DNA of 64,000 nucleotides, taken from the NCBI GenBank assembly GCA_049320885.1, contig JBMORA010000001.1:402622-466621 (forward strand), read 5' to 3'. Source of the DNA: Thermodesulfobacteriota bacterium. Its GTDB lineage: Bacteria; Desulfobacterota; Desulfobacteria; Desulfobacterales; SURF-7. Shown in pieces: positions 19,393-29,432 of the stretch (position 1 is the first letter of the stretch; each line of letters begins with the position of its first letter). The position numbers and the translations under genes are program-made. The notes beneath the pieces were generated by a model. That model did no database searches. It saw only the letters and a list, made by a program, of their open reading frames with translations, and was not told the DNA's origin.

Positions 19393-20519
19393 AGGTTGAA
19401 TTCTACAGACACGCGCTGGGGGATGAGGAGCGGGAAAGCGTTCAAACCTGCCTCAGGGGACTGTTTCTCACCACCGGCGAATATGTCGACCGTTTTGAAA
19501 AACAATTGGCCGGTTATCTCCATCTGCCCTGGGCCGTGGGCCTCACCTCCTGCACCGCCGCGCTCCATCTCTCCCTGCTGGCGCTCGATATCGGGCCGGG
19601 CGACGAGGTCATCACCACCCCCATGACCTTCATCGCCACCGTCACCGCCATCATGCACACCGGGGCGACGCCCGTGTTCGTGGATGTGGAAGCGGCTACG
19701 GGCCTGCTGGATCCGGAGCGGATCGAAAAGGCGCTCACCCCCGCCACCAAAGCGATCCTGCCGGTGCACCTGTACGGCAACATGTGCGATATGCGGCGGC
19801 TGCGGGAAATCGCCGACCGATATGGCCTGCGCCTGGTGGAAGACAGCGCCCACTGCATCGAGGGCGAACGGGACGGGGTCCGGCCGGGCGGTCTCTCCGA
19901 GGCCGTCTGTTTCAGCTTTTACGCCACCAAGAACATCACCTCCGGCGAGGGGGGGGCGGCGGCCACGCGAAGAGCGGAAATCGCCGAGCGCATCCGCCTG
20001 CTGCGCCAGCACGGGATGTCCAGGGAGGCCGCGGACCGCTATCACGGCGAATACCGGCACTGGGACATGCTCGCCTGCGGCTGGAAATACAACATGGACA
20101 ACATCCACGCCTCCCTGCTGCTGCCCCAGATGCGGAAAATCGACCGTCTCTGGGAAAAACGGCGCGAGCTTTACCAGCGATATGCGGCGGCCCTGGCCGG
20201 CATCCCCGGCGTCCGGCTGCCCGGAATACCGGACGGCTGCAAAAGCGCCCATCACCTGTTGACGATTCTCGTTTCAGCGGACCTTCGCGACCAGGTGCTG
20301 TCGTCTCTGTACCGCCAGGGCATCGGCGTGGCCGTCAACTACCGGGCCATTCATCTGCTGAGCTATCTGCGGGAGGCCCTCGGATACAAGGAAGGTGATT
20401 TCCCCCATGCCGAAACCATCGGCCGCAGCACCATCAGCCTGCCGTTCTGGATCGGCATGGGCGCTGCGGAAGTGGAAACCGTAGCCGACAGCCTCCGCCA
20501 AGCCATGCATGAAAAATAA
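19389..20519 (+). CDS. DegT/DnrJ-family sugar aminotransferase (ArnB-like)
   Basis: SCTAALHL, GPGDEVIT, PVHLYG, EDSAH, SFYATKNITSGEGG, GWKYNM. Confidence 0.93.
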   Translation: MKVEFYRHALGDEERESVQTCLRGLFLTTGEYVDRFEKQLAGYLHLPWAVGLTSCTAALHLSLLALDIGPGDEVITTPMTFIATVTAIMHTGATPVFVDVEAATGLLDPERIEKALTPATKAILPVHLYGNMCDMRRLREIADRYGLRLVEDSAHCIEGERDGVRPGGLSEAVCFSFYATKNITSGEGGAAATRRAEIAERIRLLRQHGMSREAADRYHGEYRHWDMLACGWKYNMDNIHASLLLPQMRKIDRLWEKRRELYQRYAAALAGIPGVRLPGIPDGCKSAHHLLTILVSADLRDQVLSSLYRQGIGVAVNYRAIHLLSYLREALGYKEGDFPHAETIGRSTISLPFWIGMGAAEVETVADSLRQAMHEK

Positions 20520-20570
20520 TGAAAATCAAGGTGGTATGCGGTATTATCGACGGGTTTGTCAAAAAAACAT

Positions 20571-21812
20571 TCAAACACGTTTCATGTACTCCTCGATCCG
20601 CTCGATCATCCGCGTGAAGGTGAATTCCCGGCTCACTGTCCGGGCGGTTGCGGAGATGCGCCTGCGAAGCTCCCCGCTGCGCGCCAGCTGGACCACCATC
20701 TTCGCCAGGGAAGCGGCATCTCCCTTTGAAAACAGCATGCCGGTTCTGCCGTGGAATATGATCTCCGGATTCCCGCCGGCGCTGGAGGACACCGTCGGAA
20801 TACCGGCTTCCAGGGCATGGATGAGGGTGAGGGAAAACGGCTCATAGAGAGAAGGAAACAGGTACAGGTCATACTGCTGAAAAAGGTCGAAAAGCGAACT
20901 TTCCGGCACCGGCGGCAGGAATCGGATCCGATCCTGAATGTTCAGGGAAGCCGCCGTTTTTTGCAGGCGTTCCAGGTACTGCCGATCCTGGGCGTCGCCC
21001 AGGATGTCGAGCCTGACGTCATGACCGGACAGGGTTCGCAAGATTTCCGGCATTGCCTCGAGGATGGTGTGAACCCCTTTCATTTCAACCACTCTGCCGG
21101 CAAACAGGAGGTGGAGGCATCCGGGGCGGCGCAGCTCGCCCCGGTCGCAATAGGCGCTGTCGCCATGCGCCGCCAGATTGACGCCATGGTGGATGACGGC
21201 GGCATCCTGGAAACCGATCCCTCCCCGGGCGTACAGGTCCCGCATGAACCGGCTTGGGAAAACCGCCCGCCCGCGGATATGGAAACGCTTCCGCCCTCTT
21301 CCGGCCAGCAGTCTTGCCGCGACCGACTTCAACTCGTGTTTCCATGAAAAAGACGCCAGCACGTTTTCCGTGAAATAGGTCTGCCAGAAATCCGGCCGCA
21401 GAAAACACAGCAACCAGTTGTCGGTGAGCAGGAAAGCGAGTCTCCGGCCGGTCTCCTGCAGGGCGTCGAAAAAGGAGCGGTCCAGAAAAAACAGGTTCCA
21501 GGCGAAAATGATATCGGGCTTCCGTTCCGCGACCAGCCGTTGCATCCGGTCAACATTGTGCCGGTTGATGCGTTCCCGCTCGGACGCCTGGGCGTCGAAG
21601 GGCCGGTAGATGTCCGTATGATCCGCCAGTAATTGCAGGGAACGATCCACGGTGATTCCCGGATAATCGGCCTTTTTGCTGCCATAGCCGCTGGTCAACA
21701 CAAAAACTTCATGGCCCCTGGCGGACAGGGCCAGGGCGTTTTCATGGCACAGCCGCTCGTACCCGCCGACGGCATTGGGGGGATAGAGATTGCTGATGAA
21801 AAAAAAATTCAA
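20571..21812 (-). CDS. GT4 family glycosyltransferase
   Basis: SNLYPP..GGYE, FAGRVVEMKG, PSLYEPFSLTLIHALEAG; TTG start overlaps the upstream TGA. Confidence 0.9.
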   Translation of the reverse strand: MNFFFISNLYPPNAVGGYERLCHENALALSARGHEVFVLTSGYGSKKADYPGITVDRSLQLLADHTDIYRPFDAQASERERINRHNVDRMQRLVAERKPDIIFAWNLFFLDRSFFDALQETGRRLAFLLTDNWLLCFLRPDFWQTYFTENVLASFSWKHELKSVAARLLAGRGRKRFHIRGRAVFPSRFMRDLYARGGIGFQDAAVIHHGVNLAAHGDSAYCDRGELRRPGCLHLLFAGRVVEMKGVHTILEAMPEILRTLSGHDVRLDILGDAQDRQYLERLQKTAASLNIQDRIRFLPPVPESSLFDLFQQYDLYLFPSLYEPFSLTLIHALEAGIPTVSSSAGGNPEIIFHGRTGMLFSKGDAASLAKMVVQLARSGELRRRISATARTVSREFTFTRMIERIEEYMKRV

Positions 21813-22729
21813 CCGGCCATTCGAAGCATGCATGTGTAAAATTCCTGGTCCTCCTGGTAGCGCACCGGGTCCAACCCGCGTGCTGCGCAGGCATTCATGT
21901 AGCTGATAAACAAAGCGACCATGCTTGTCAACTGATGGGTTTCCGTGACGGCTGCGAATCTCTCCCAATACTGCCATCCCCCGCGCCTCAAATTCGGGTG
22001 AAGGGCGGTCGCCTGCAGAAATGCGGCGCAGCAATAGGCCCACTCCACCCGAACCCTGGCATGTTCTTCCCGGATGGTGTTCCCCTGGTGGATCCGGTAG
22101 GACAGGAGCGCCTCGTCATGCAGAAGGATCTCCTTTCCCCGGGTCAGCAGGCGCAGCATGAATTCCAGGTCATGGGCGTACCGCAGCGATTGAAAATAGC
22201 CGACTTCCTCGAAAACACTCTTTCTGAGAACCAGGTTGGAAGTGGTCATGATGAAGTTGCCGTTCAGAAGCGCCAGGGCCATATCGCCATCCTGATCATA
22301 AAACGCCCGCGCCTGCCGATACCATGCATTTTCGACGGACCGGCCGCTTTCGTTCATGAACGAAAGCCCGGTGGCGACGGCGGCCGCCTCCGGATGCTTT
22401 TTCAGCAGGGCCAGGCATATTTCCATGCGCCGCGGATGATAGGCGTCATCCGAATTCAGGATGGCGACGAATTCCGACGTGGCCCGATGCAAGCCGGAAT
22501 TGATGGCCTGATGGGCTCCCTGATTGCGCTGGGACCAGCAGACGACGACTTCGGGATGCCGCCTTGCGACCCCGGCCGCCACGGAAGCCGAGCCGTCCAA
22601 AGAGCCGTCATCGACCACGATGATTTCCGCCGGCCGGACACTTTGCCGCAATACGCTTTCCATGGCCGCCTCTATATACTTTTCGTGGTTGTAGAGGGGG
22701 ATTACCACCGAGAAACCACCGCTGCTCAT
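21809..22729 (-). CDS. GT2 family glycosyltransferase
   Basis: SVVIPLYNHE, VDDGS, LNSDD, AHDLEF; AAGGAGG RBS. Confidence 0.92.
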   Translation of the reverse strand: MSSGGFSVVIPLYNHEKYIEAAMESVLRQSVRPAEIIVVDDGSLDGSASVAAGVARRHPEVVVCWSQRNQGAHQAINSGLHRATSEFVAILNSDDAYHPRRMEICLALLKKHPEAAAVATGLSFMNESGRSVENAWYRQARAFYDQDGDMALALLNGNFIMTTSNLVLRKSVFEEVGYFQSLRYAHDLEFMLRLLTRGKEILLHDEALLSYRIHQGNTIREEHARVRVEWAYCCAAFLQATALHPNLRRGGWQYWERFAAVTETHQLTSMVALFISYMNACAARGLDPVRYQEDQEFYTCMLRMAG

Positions 22730-22792
22730 AGGCTGACAGCCTCCTTTGGCATGGTCACAGGACGCGGATATTCCGATATGCGGATTGCCGGA

Positions 22793-25700
22793 TCATTCAT
22801 TGCGCGCGGCCGCCCCATCCGGAAAACCCATCAAGCCGAGATCCGCCAGCATCCGGCGAATGGCGTCTTTCCCGGCCTCCAGTGAATACCGTCTTTGAAT
22901 ATACGCTCTTCCGTTCACGGAAAGATGATTCCAGAGCTCCTGCTGCTCATGCAGATTGACCACGGCCCGGGCGAAAGCAGCCGGATCGTCGGCTATCAGG
23001 ATTTCCTCGCCATCCCGCAAACCGGTTCCCTCCACGGCCATGGTAGTCGCGACACAAGGCACACCGTATCCCAGGCTGGTGACCACCTTGCCTTTCAGCC
23101 CGGCCCCGTAGCGGATCGGAGCCACCGCGATGCGACAGGCTGAAAAGCGGGGTGCGATGTCCGGTACATGTCCGAGAATGGATATGCCGCCGCCGGAGAG
23201 ATCCAGCACCGCCTGGGGGGCGTTTTTACCGATAACGAAACATTCCACCTGCGGGAGTTTTTTTCGGATCAAAGGCCATATTTCCGTCCCGAACCAGATA
23301 ACCGCATCCACATTCGGCCGGTGCTGGAACCCGCCGATGAATACTACTCCCCGGCGTTCCTCAAATCCGGCATCCGCACCGGGAAAATCCCCCCGGATCA
23401 GGGGGATGACGAACAGGCTTTCCGGCGTCACGCCCGCTTCCCGAAGCAGGAGTTCCTTTTCCACCGGACTGAGCAGAATCGTGGCGTCGACACGACGGAT
23501 CACGGACAATTCCAGTTCCTTGGTTCTGGCCGCCTGTTCGGCAAGCGCAGCGGAATTCTCCACGGCCGCCTGGCGCTCCTCGCGCAGATAATGCAAATCC
23601 ACCGTGTTGTAAACGATTTTGGCGCGGGGGCAGAAACGCCGCACCAGATGAACATGGGCCGCGGCGCAATGCGGACGGTAGATCATGACCAGCTCGAAGC
23701 GCTGGCCGTGTGCCTCCAGATAAGCCCCGATATCCCTGACAAACGGGGCATGGAGGCATTGCACCCCGATCCGTTGCAGATCCCGGGTGTATGGCTCCAC
23801 GCATCTGAGATCCGCGGCTGGAATGAAGGTAATGCTGAATCCCAGGGATCGCAGAATCAGGAAATAGGAAACCAGATCCTGGGAACCCGAATCCTGGTCA
23901 GGGGTGGGCGTCCATTCATCGATGATCAGCAAATTGCCGCGCGGGAGGGCAGCCTTCACAAACGCCCCCGCAAAATCCCTGCCCAAACGGAAACCCGATG
24001 ATCTTTTTTTCTCCGTCATACCTTCCGTATCACCGATTCCGCGACAAACAACGGAATGCGGATTCAACACCACCCGGGACAATGGCTGGTGATACGCTTT
24101 CCTGCCCGCGGCCCTGACGGCCATGGCCAGATACATCCCTTCTTCTTCCGGGCTGCAATCCGAAGGCATTTCAGCGGCGCCGCCGAAAAACAGGTCCCGG
24201 GGAATCATGATGGCGAACGCCGGACAGAAGTCTACTTCCCGCAAATAATGGAAGGCCGGATGGGCCGGGTCTTCGCCGCTTCCCATGCGCAGCAGTCCGC
24301 CTTCTTCATCCGCCTGTCCGCCCGCCGCCCAGATGCATCCGTCCGCGCGGACGACCGTTGCCCCGGCAAGACCCGCGTCAACCGTGTGCCGGAAAACCCA
24401 GGCCAATTCCCGCAGCCATCCTGGTGATGCGTGAACATCCCCCCGCAGGAATACAAGTCGCGCGCCTTTTGCGGCTTTTGCACCCGCCAGCCAGACGCTC
24501 ATGCCGCTTCCTTCAGCCGGGACCATTCTTGCGCCGGCAATCCGCGAAAAAATCCGCTCGCGGTCTTCTTCGTCAAGCCGATCCGTAACCAGAATCACCT
24601 CACACTCCTCGTCCGGCAGGGTGTCCAGCAGGGATTTCAGGTTGCGCAAACTGCTTTCCGGATGGTCATGCAGGGGAACGATGATCGAAATCTCCGGCAC
24701 CGCCGGCTCCGGAAAGGCCAGGACCTCCTCCGGGGATAAATGCGGCGCGTGGAGACTGACAGACGTCTGTTCCGCATCGGGGCAGGCGCGTTCGTGGGCC
24801 ATCCAGGCCTGATAGGAAGGGGAATGGCGGAACAGTCCCCCGGAATGACGAAACACGAAGGATCGCATCCGATAGCGGGTTTCGTAGGATAAGGGCAGCC
24901 CATGATACAGCAGGCGCAGCGGACGCCACAGACAGGGACCTGCCAGGGCCCGCAGAAAGCCCATGGTCCACCGCATCGGGGCGGTGATCCGCCAGCTGGT
25001 CGACGCCTGCAGGTCCGCGGCCGTTCCCTGAAGCGCCCGGATCTGACGCTGCAATTCAGCGGTTTCCTCTTGAAAGGCTTCCACCTGTCTGTCCCGGTCG
25101 GCGGAGAGACGGTTCATGCGGCGCTCCCGGTCGTCCACCGCCCGTATCAGGATGTCGATTCTTTCGGCCCGGTCCGCGATGATCCCGTCGAGGGCCTCTA
25201 TTTTTTTTCCCAGCTCCGCCAGCCGCCGATCCTTTTCAGCCGCTTCCTGAATCAGGTCGGCTATTCGGCCATCGCGCTCCAGCAAGCTGCGGCCGAGAGC
25301 GCCCGCCTTGCTCTCCAAGTCGGCGGTGCGCCATTCGAATTCGATCCCCCGTCCCACAGCCCCGAAAAACCGTCGGAGCAGATGTCCCTCCGCCCGGCGC
25401 GACCATTCTTCCGTCAGCCGCCGCAGACTCTCCGGTTGCTCGGCGCCGACCAGGAGCACGCCGAGGCCGTGACTGTGATGGAAACCCAGGTGCGGATGGA
25501 CAGCGACCAGTTCCTCCCACAACCGCCATACGCCGAAATCCCGCTCCCGCACATCCGTGTCATGCAAGACGACGACAGCCTTTTCGGACAGTTTCGGCCG
25601 CCAGGTATCGAAATCGTGCTTCACCGCATCGTAGGTATGCAGGCCGTCGATGTGCAGGAAATCGATGCTGCCGTCGCTGAAATAGGCGACCGCTTCATCG

Positions 25701-26035
25701 AAGGTCATGCGCAGCAGGTTGGAAAAGCCGCTGTAATACCGCTGGTTGTGTTCTCGGACGGACTGGTAGACCTCTTCGCCGTAAAGACCGCTCTGTTCAT
25801 CGCCCTGCCAGGTGTCCACCGCATGGCAACGCGTCGAAAGACCGTTCTCCAGCACCGACTGGCAGAAGGAAAAATAGGAATTGCCGGTATGGGTGCCCAG
25901 TTCGACCAGCAGGCGGGGTTCCGTCTGTTCCACCAGCCAGGCGCCGAAGGGAATATGCCCGACCCAGGAATGGGGCGGCATCACCCGGTGGGGCCGCATC
26001 AATGCGGACTTGGTGATCATCAGGGAAGCATTCAT
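22793..26035 (-). CDS. Multidomain methyltransferase / coiled-coil / GT2-like / GT4 protein
   Basis: N-terminal VELGTHTGNS, VDTWQGD, LHIDGLHTY; coiled coil ending STSWRITAPMR; GT2-like ISIIVP; C-terminal PDQDSGS, FIGGFQHRPN, GAGLKGKV. Confidence 0.88.
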   Translation of the reverse strand: MNASLMITKSALMRPHRVMPPHSWVGHIPFGAWLVEQTEPRLLVELGTHTGNSYFSFCQSVLENGLSTRCHAVDTWQGDEQSGLYGEEVYQSVREHNQRYYSGFSNLLRMTFDEAVAYFSDGSIDFLHIDGLHTYDAVKHDFDTWRPKLSEKAVVVLHDTDVRERDFGVWRLWEELVAVHPHLGFHHSHGLGVLLVGAEQPESLRRLTEEWSRRAEGHLLRRFFGAVGRGIEFEWRTADLESKAGALGRSLLERDGRIADLIQEAAEKDRRLAELGKKIEALDGIIADRAERIDILIRAVDDRERRMNRLSADRDRQVEAFQEETAELQRQIRALQGTAADLQASTSWRITAPMRWTMGFLRALAGPCLWRPLRLLYHGLPLSYETRYRMRSFVFRHSGGLFRHSPSYQAWMAHERACPDAEQTSVSLHAPHLSPEEVLAFPEPAVPEISIIVPLHDHPESSLRNLKSLLDTLPDEECEVILVTDRLDEEDRERIFSRIAGARMVPAEGSGMSVWLAGAKAAKGARLVFLRGDVHASPGWLRELAWVFRHTVDAGLAGATVVRADGCIWAAGGQADEEGGLLRMGSGEDPAHPAFHYLREVDFCPAFAIMIPRDLFFGGAAEMPSDCSPEEEGMYLAMAVRAAGRKAYHQPLSRVVLNPHSVVCRGIGDTEGMTEKKRSSGFRLGRDFAGAFVKAALPRGNLLIIDEWTPTPDQDSGSQDLVSYFLILRSLGFSITFIPAADLRCVEPYTRDLQRIGVQCLHAPFVRDIGAYLEAHGQRFELVMIYRPHCAAAHVHLVRRFCPRAKIVYNTVDLHYLREERQAAVENSAALAEQAARTKELELSVIRRVDATILLSPVEKELLLREAGVTPESLFVIPLIRGDFPGADAGFEERRGVVFIGGFQHRPNVDAVIWFGTEIWPLIRKKLPQVECFVIGKNAPQAVLDLSGGGISILGHVPDIAPRFSACRIAVAPIRYGAGLKGKVVTSLGYGVPCVATTMAVEGTGLRDGEEILIADDPAAFARAVVNLHEQQELWNHLSVNGRAYIQRRYSLEAGKDAIRRMLADLGLMGFPDGAAARNE

Positions 26036-26047
26036 CTGGTTTCCTGT

Positions 26048-28420
26048 TCATTCTTTCCGGTAAAACCCGTTCAGCAGCAAGGCAATCGATCCATCGGTCC
26101 CGCCGGCGATTTCATATTTCCGGCTCAAATCCGCGGAAACGAAAGCGATATAGGGTTGCCGCACTTTCAGACCGCCGACCTTTTCCAACCCGAGCCCCGC
26201 GAACAAACCGGAAAATTCAGCCGGTTCACACTGCATGGAATCGTGCACCACAATGGCGAAGGCGTGATAATCCTCCCGGGATCGCTCCACGACGGCCCGG
26301 AAGGGTTCGGCCGTCACAGGTTGATTCTGATCGGAGCAGGCGTCCACATTCGAAAGGATCGCCACCGTGGACGGGCCGGCGATGCCCACCAGCGAGACTC
26401 CCCGGGCAAGGACTTGTCGGGTATTTCCCGCCCGCAGATAGGAGTCGCCCTTATCGTAATGGCCCTGGGAGCGGATCCGGATCCTGCCGAGGGCATCCTT
26501 TCCCGGCAAAAAAACCAGCCGTTTGTGCTGATAGATTTTCAGGCGTCGGATGAGATGTTTCCGTCTTTCGTCTGCCAGGGCCGATGAAACCGCATGGCTC
26601 AACACTTCCGCCAGCTGTTCCCGCCCGATATACAGCTCGTCTTCAACGCCCGCGACCAGGGCGTTCGGATCGCCCGGTTTCCCCAGGAAAACACAATACG
26701 TCGTTTTTCCGCAACCAGGTTGAAACGCGTCGACCTCCTCCCCGGCATCCACCCATAGGACGGGCTCTTCCGGACTCCGTTCCAGAACACGGTGCGCCAG
26801 TTTCCGTTCACCGGAAAAGTCGAAGAGGACTTCCTTTATCCCCCCCTCCTCCGTCAGGATCAGCAGCACCGGCAGTTTCAACACCCGGTCCTCCAGGCGC
26901 AGATGTCCCCGCAGGGCATCGACCAGGCAGCCGGAGCTGATTTCCGGGTATTCCCAGAACGTTTCGATCTCCTCGGCCCATCCTTTCAGGGTCTCATCCG
27001 GGTCCAGCGCCTTTTCCACCAATGTCGGTTCGTTTCCCAGCAGATTGCGGCCGAGACCCAGAGCCGGCGTATCATACCCGAGCAGGCTCAGGATCGTGGG
27101 CGCGATATCCAGCAGCGATCCGGGCTTGGCGATCGACACCGGTTGAGGACGGTCGGGATCGATGACGATGAACAGGTTTTTCCTGTCTCCTTGAGACAAT
27201 TTATCCATGGCGCTGTTGTTCATGGCCAGGTGATCCGACCCGATGACGATCAGGGTGTCTTGCGCATACGGGGAGGCGAGGATCCGGTCCACCAGCTCGG
27301 TGATCAAAAAATCGGAGCAGCGCACGGCGTTGAGCATGGGGTTGCTTCCATCCCCATAGTCCAAGCCCCCGCACCGCCCGGATGGATGCCCGACAGGATG
27401 GTGGGTGTCGACGCTCAGGGTGACAAGTCCGAATTTCTCGCCGGACTCCGACAATTCCTCGAAACGCCGATAGACCCTTTCAAACAGGGAGTCGTCGAAG
27501 AGCCCCCAGTCGTTCACATAAGCCTCGTCCTCCAGGGTCGGAATCAATTCCCTGCTGCCGAAGGTCGCGTCGAAACCATGGGTGGCGTAAAATTTGCCTT
27601 TGCCGGCGAATTCCAAATCCGCGCCGGCCATGTAGGTCAGAAAATAACCGTGTTCCTTCAGGAGATCCCCGAGGCAGACCGCGCCGGAAAGGAACCGGTC
27701 CATGCCCGCCATGGAATTGCCGTCCGAGGGCGTGACCAGCGGGATTCCGCATTGGCCGGCAACCATGCCGGCGATGGTCCACCCCCCCCCGAAAACCGGA
27801 TCCAGATGCGTGAAAGACAAGCCCCGCTGTTCCAGACGCCGGAGACCGACGATGAGTCCCGGGAAAAGCGTTTCGTCAAAATAGGTGCGCTCCAGCGACT
27901 CTGCGTAAATATACACCAGGTTTTTGGTCCGGGACGGTTCCGCCCCGCTCCCCGGCTTTGCGTACATTGCGGAAAAAGGGACGTCGCTGGCCCTCACCGC
28001 AAGAGTCGAGATCAACTCGCTGCGGACGACGGGATGCGACACAAGGGCCAGCAGGAGAAATGCATACCCCAGCCGCCCGGCCGGGGTCCGCCGAACCTCC
28101 CGGGCCGGTGGAATTACCCGGAACACGACGCAGCATGCCGCCAGCGCCAGCAGAATCGAGGCCGACGCCACCACCAATGCGCCGCGGTATTCCCCGAAAC
28201 CGGCGCCTGCCAATCCATAGCGGAGATGGTACCAAACGGATTCATCGATGCCGTTTCCGGTGAAATAATCGGAAACGATATACAAACCGGAGGACAGCAC
28301 CAACAAAAATCCGCTGAAGCCGAAAAAGAGCCGCAGGATGCCCGTCCCTCCGCCCCTCCGGATCCAGAAGATGGCGGCGCCATAGAAAACAAGGGCCAGA
28401 CAGATCAACAAAAAGTCCAT
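26048..28420 (-). CDS. mdoB: Phosphoglycerol transferase I / LTA-synthase-family protein with a C-terminal extension
   Basis: SDYFTGNGI, NLVYIYAESLE, WTIAGMVAGQCGIPL, DTHHP, SDHLAM; N-terminal TM helices. Confidence 0.85.
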   Translation of the reverse strand: MDFLLICLALVFYGAAIFWIRRGGGTGILRLFFGFSGFLLVLSSGLYIVSDYFTGNGIDESVWYHLRYGLAGAGFGEYRGALVVASASILLALAACCVVFRVIPPAREVRRTPAGRLGYAFLLLALVSHPVVRSELISTLAVRASDVPFSAMYAKPGSGAEPSRTKNLVYIYAESLERTYFDETLFPGLIVGLRRLEQRGLSFTHLDPVFGGGWTIAGMVAGQCGIPLVTPSDGNSMAGMDRFLSGAVCLGDLLKEHGYFLTYMAGADLEFAGKGKFYATHGFDATFGSRELIPTLEDEAYVNDWGLFDDSLFERVYRRFEELSESGEKFGLVTLSVDTHHPVGHPSGRCGGLDYGDGSNPMLNAVRCSDFLITELVDRILASPYAQDTLIVIGSDHLAMNNSAMDKLSQGDRKNLFIVIDPDRPQPVSIAKPGSLLDIAPTILSLLGYDTPALGLGRNLLGNEPTLVEKALDPDETLKGWAEEIETFWEYPEISSGCLVDALRGHLRLEDRVLKLPVLLILTEEGGIKEVLFDFSGERKLAHRVLERSPEEPVLWVDAGEEVDAFQPGCGKTTYCVFLGKPGDPNALVAGVEDELYIGREQLAEVLSHAVSSALADERRKHLIRRLKIYQHKRLVFLPGKDALGRIRIRSQGHYDKGDSYLRAGNTRQVLARGVSLVGIAGPSTVAILSNVDACSDQNQPVTAEPFRAVVERSREDYHAFAIVVHDSMQCEPAEFSGLFAGLGLEKVGGLKVRQPYIAFVSADLSRKYEIAGGTDGSIALLLNGFYRKE

Positions 28421-28436
28421 GATTCGTGTATTCCCC

Positions 28437-29432
28437 TCACTTCAACCGCGGCCGGAGGCCCTTGTCAAAACTCCGCCAGACGGCATGGGCGGAAGCCGTC
28501 CGCCGTGTCTGGACGACCTGGCGCTTGCGCCACATGGCCGGAAGTCCCCGGATCGCATCCCGTTTGGCGTGCAGGATGACCCGACCCTGTCCGCGCAGAA
28601 TGAAACGCGCAACGGCGGCGGCATTCATCAGCAAAAAGGCCGGCAGCAGCAGCCAGAACAGCAGGCCCGGCATATTCTTCACATAACACCAGACCAGATT
28701 GCGATGGCCGTGGTAGACCGCGAAATCGCTTTTCTGGCCGCCGGTGGTCACCGAGCCCACATGACCGGCCACGGCGGCCGGAATCAGCCGGCATTCCCGG
28801 CCCATCAACCGCAGGCGGAACGCCAGATCCACATCTTCGAAATAGCAAAAAAAATCCTCGTCGAAAGCCCCGGCTTCCACGAGCACATCCCGCCGATAGA
28901 GGGCGGCGGCGGCGCAGGGTCCGAACACGTCCATTTCCGTCAAAGGGAAGGTATTCCTTCTGGCGCCGTGCCCCCGGCGCCAGGCGATTCCGCTGAAATG
29001 GAAAGCATCGCCGGCTCCGTCCAGCCGGTCCGGGTCCAGGGCTTTGACCAGGCAGCCGGCGAAAACCGGAATCGTGGGATAACGGCGGGCGGCGTCCAGA
29101 AGCCTGCCGAGCCAATCCGGCTTTAAAAAAGCGTCCGGATTCACCAGGGCGATCCAGTCACAATCCGAAAGATGCGGCAAGGCGATATTGTTGGCCTTTG
29201 CGAAGCCCACATTCCGGGGCAGAGCGATCCGTTGGAAATGACGCGGCCATACACCCTCCCATGCTCCGGCGGCAGCGTCATCGCCGTTGTCGACCACCAC
29301 AACCCGGGTGAAGGCGGCTTCCTGCTCGGCCATGGCTTTCAGGCATCGGCCCAGGTATTCTCCGGAATTCCAGTTGACCACCACCGCGCCAACGGAAAAA
29401 CCCGCGGGAGGTTTGCCGTCCATTATACGCAC
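28437..29432 (-). CDS. GT2 glycosyltransferase (WbbL/rhamnosyltransferase-like)
   Basis: VVVNWN, NVGFAKANN, VNPDA, FDEDFFCYFEDVDL. Confidence 0.9.
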   Translation of the reverse strand: MRIMDGKPPAGFSVGAVVVNWNSGEYLGRCLKAMAEQEAAFTRVVVVDNGDDAAAGAWEGVWPRHFQRIALPRNVGFAKANNIALPHLSDCDWIALVNPDAFLKPDWLGRLLDAARRYPTIPVFAGCLVKALDPDRLDGAGDAFHFSGIAWRRGHGARRNTFPLTEMDVFGPCAAAALYRRDVLVEAGAFDEDFFCYFEDVDLAFRLRLMGRECRLIPAAVAGHVGSVTTGGQKSDFAVYHGHRNLVWCYVKNMPGLLFWLLLPAFLLMNAAAVARFILRGQGRVILHAKRDAIRGLPAMWRKRQVVQTRRTASAHAVWRSFDKGLRPRLK

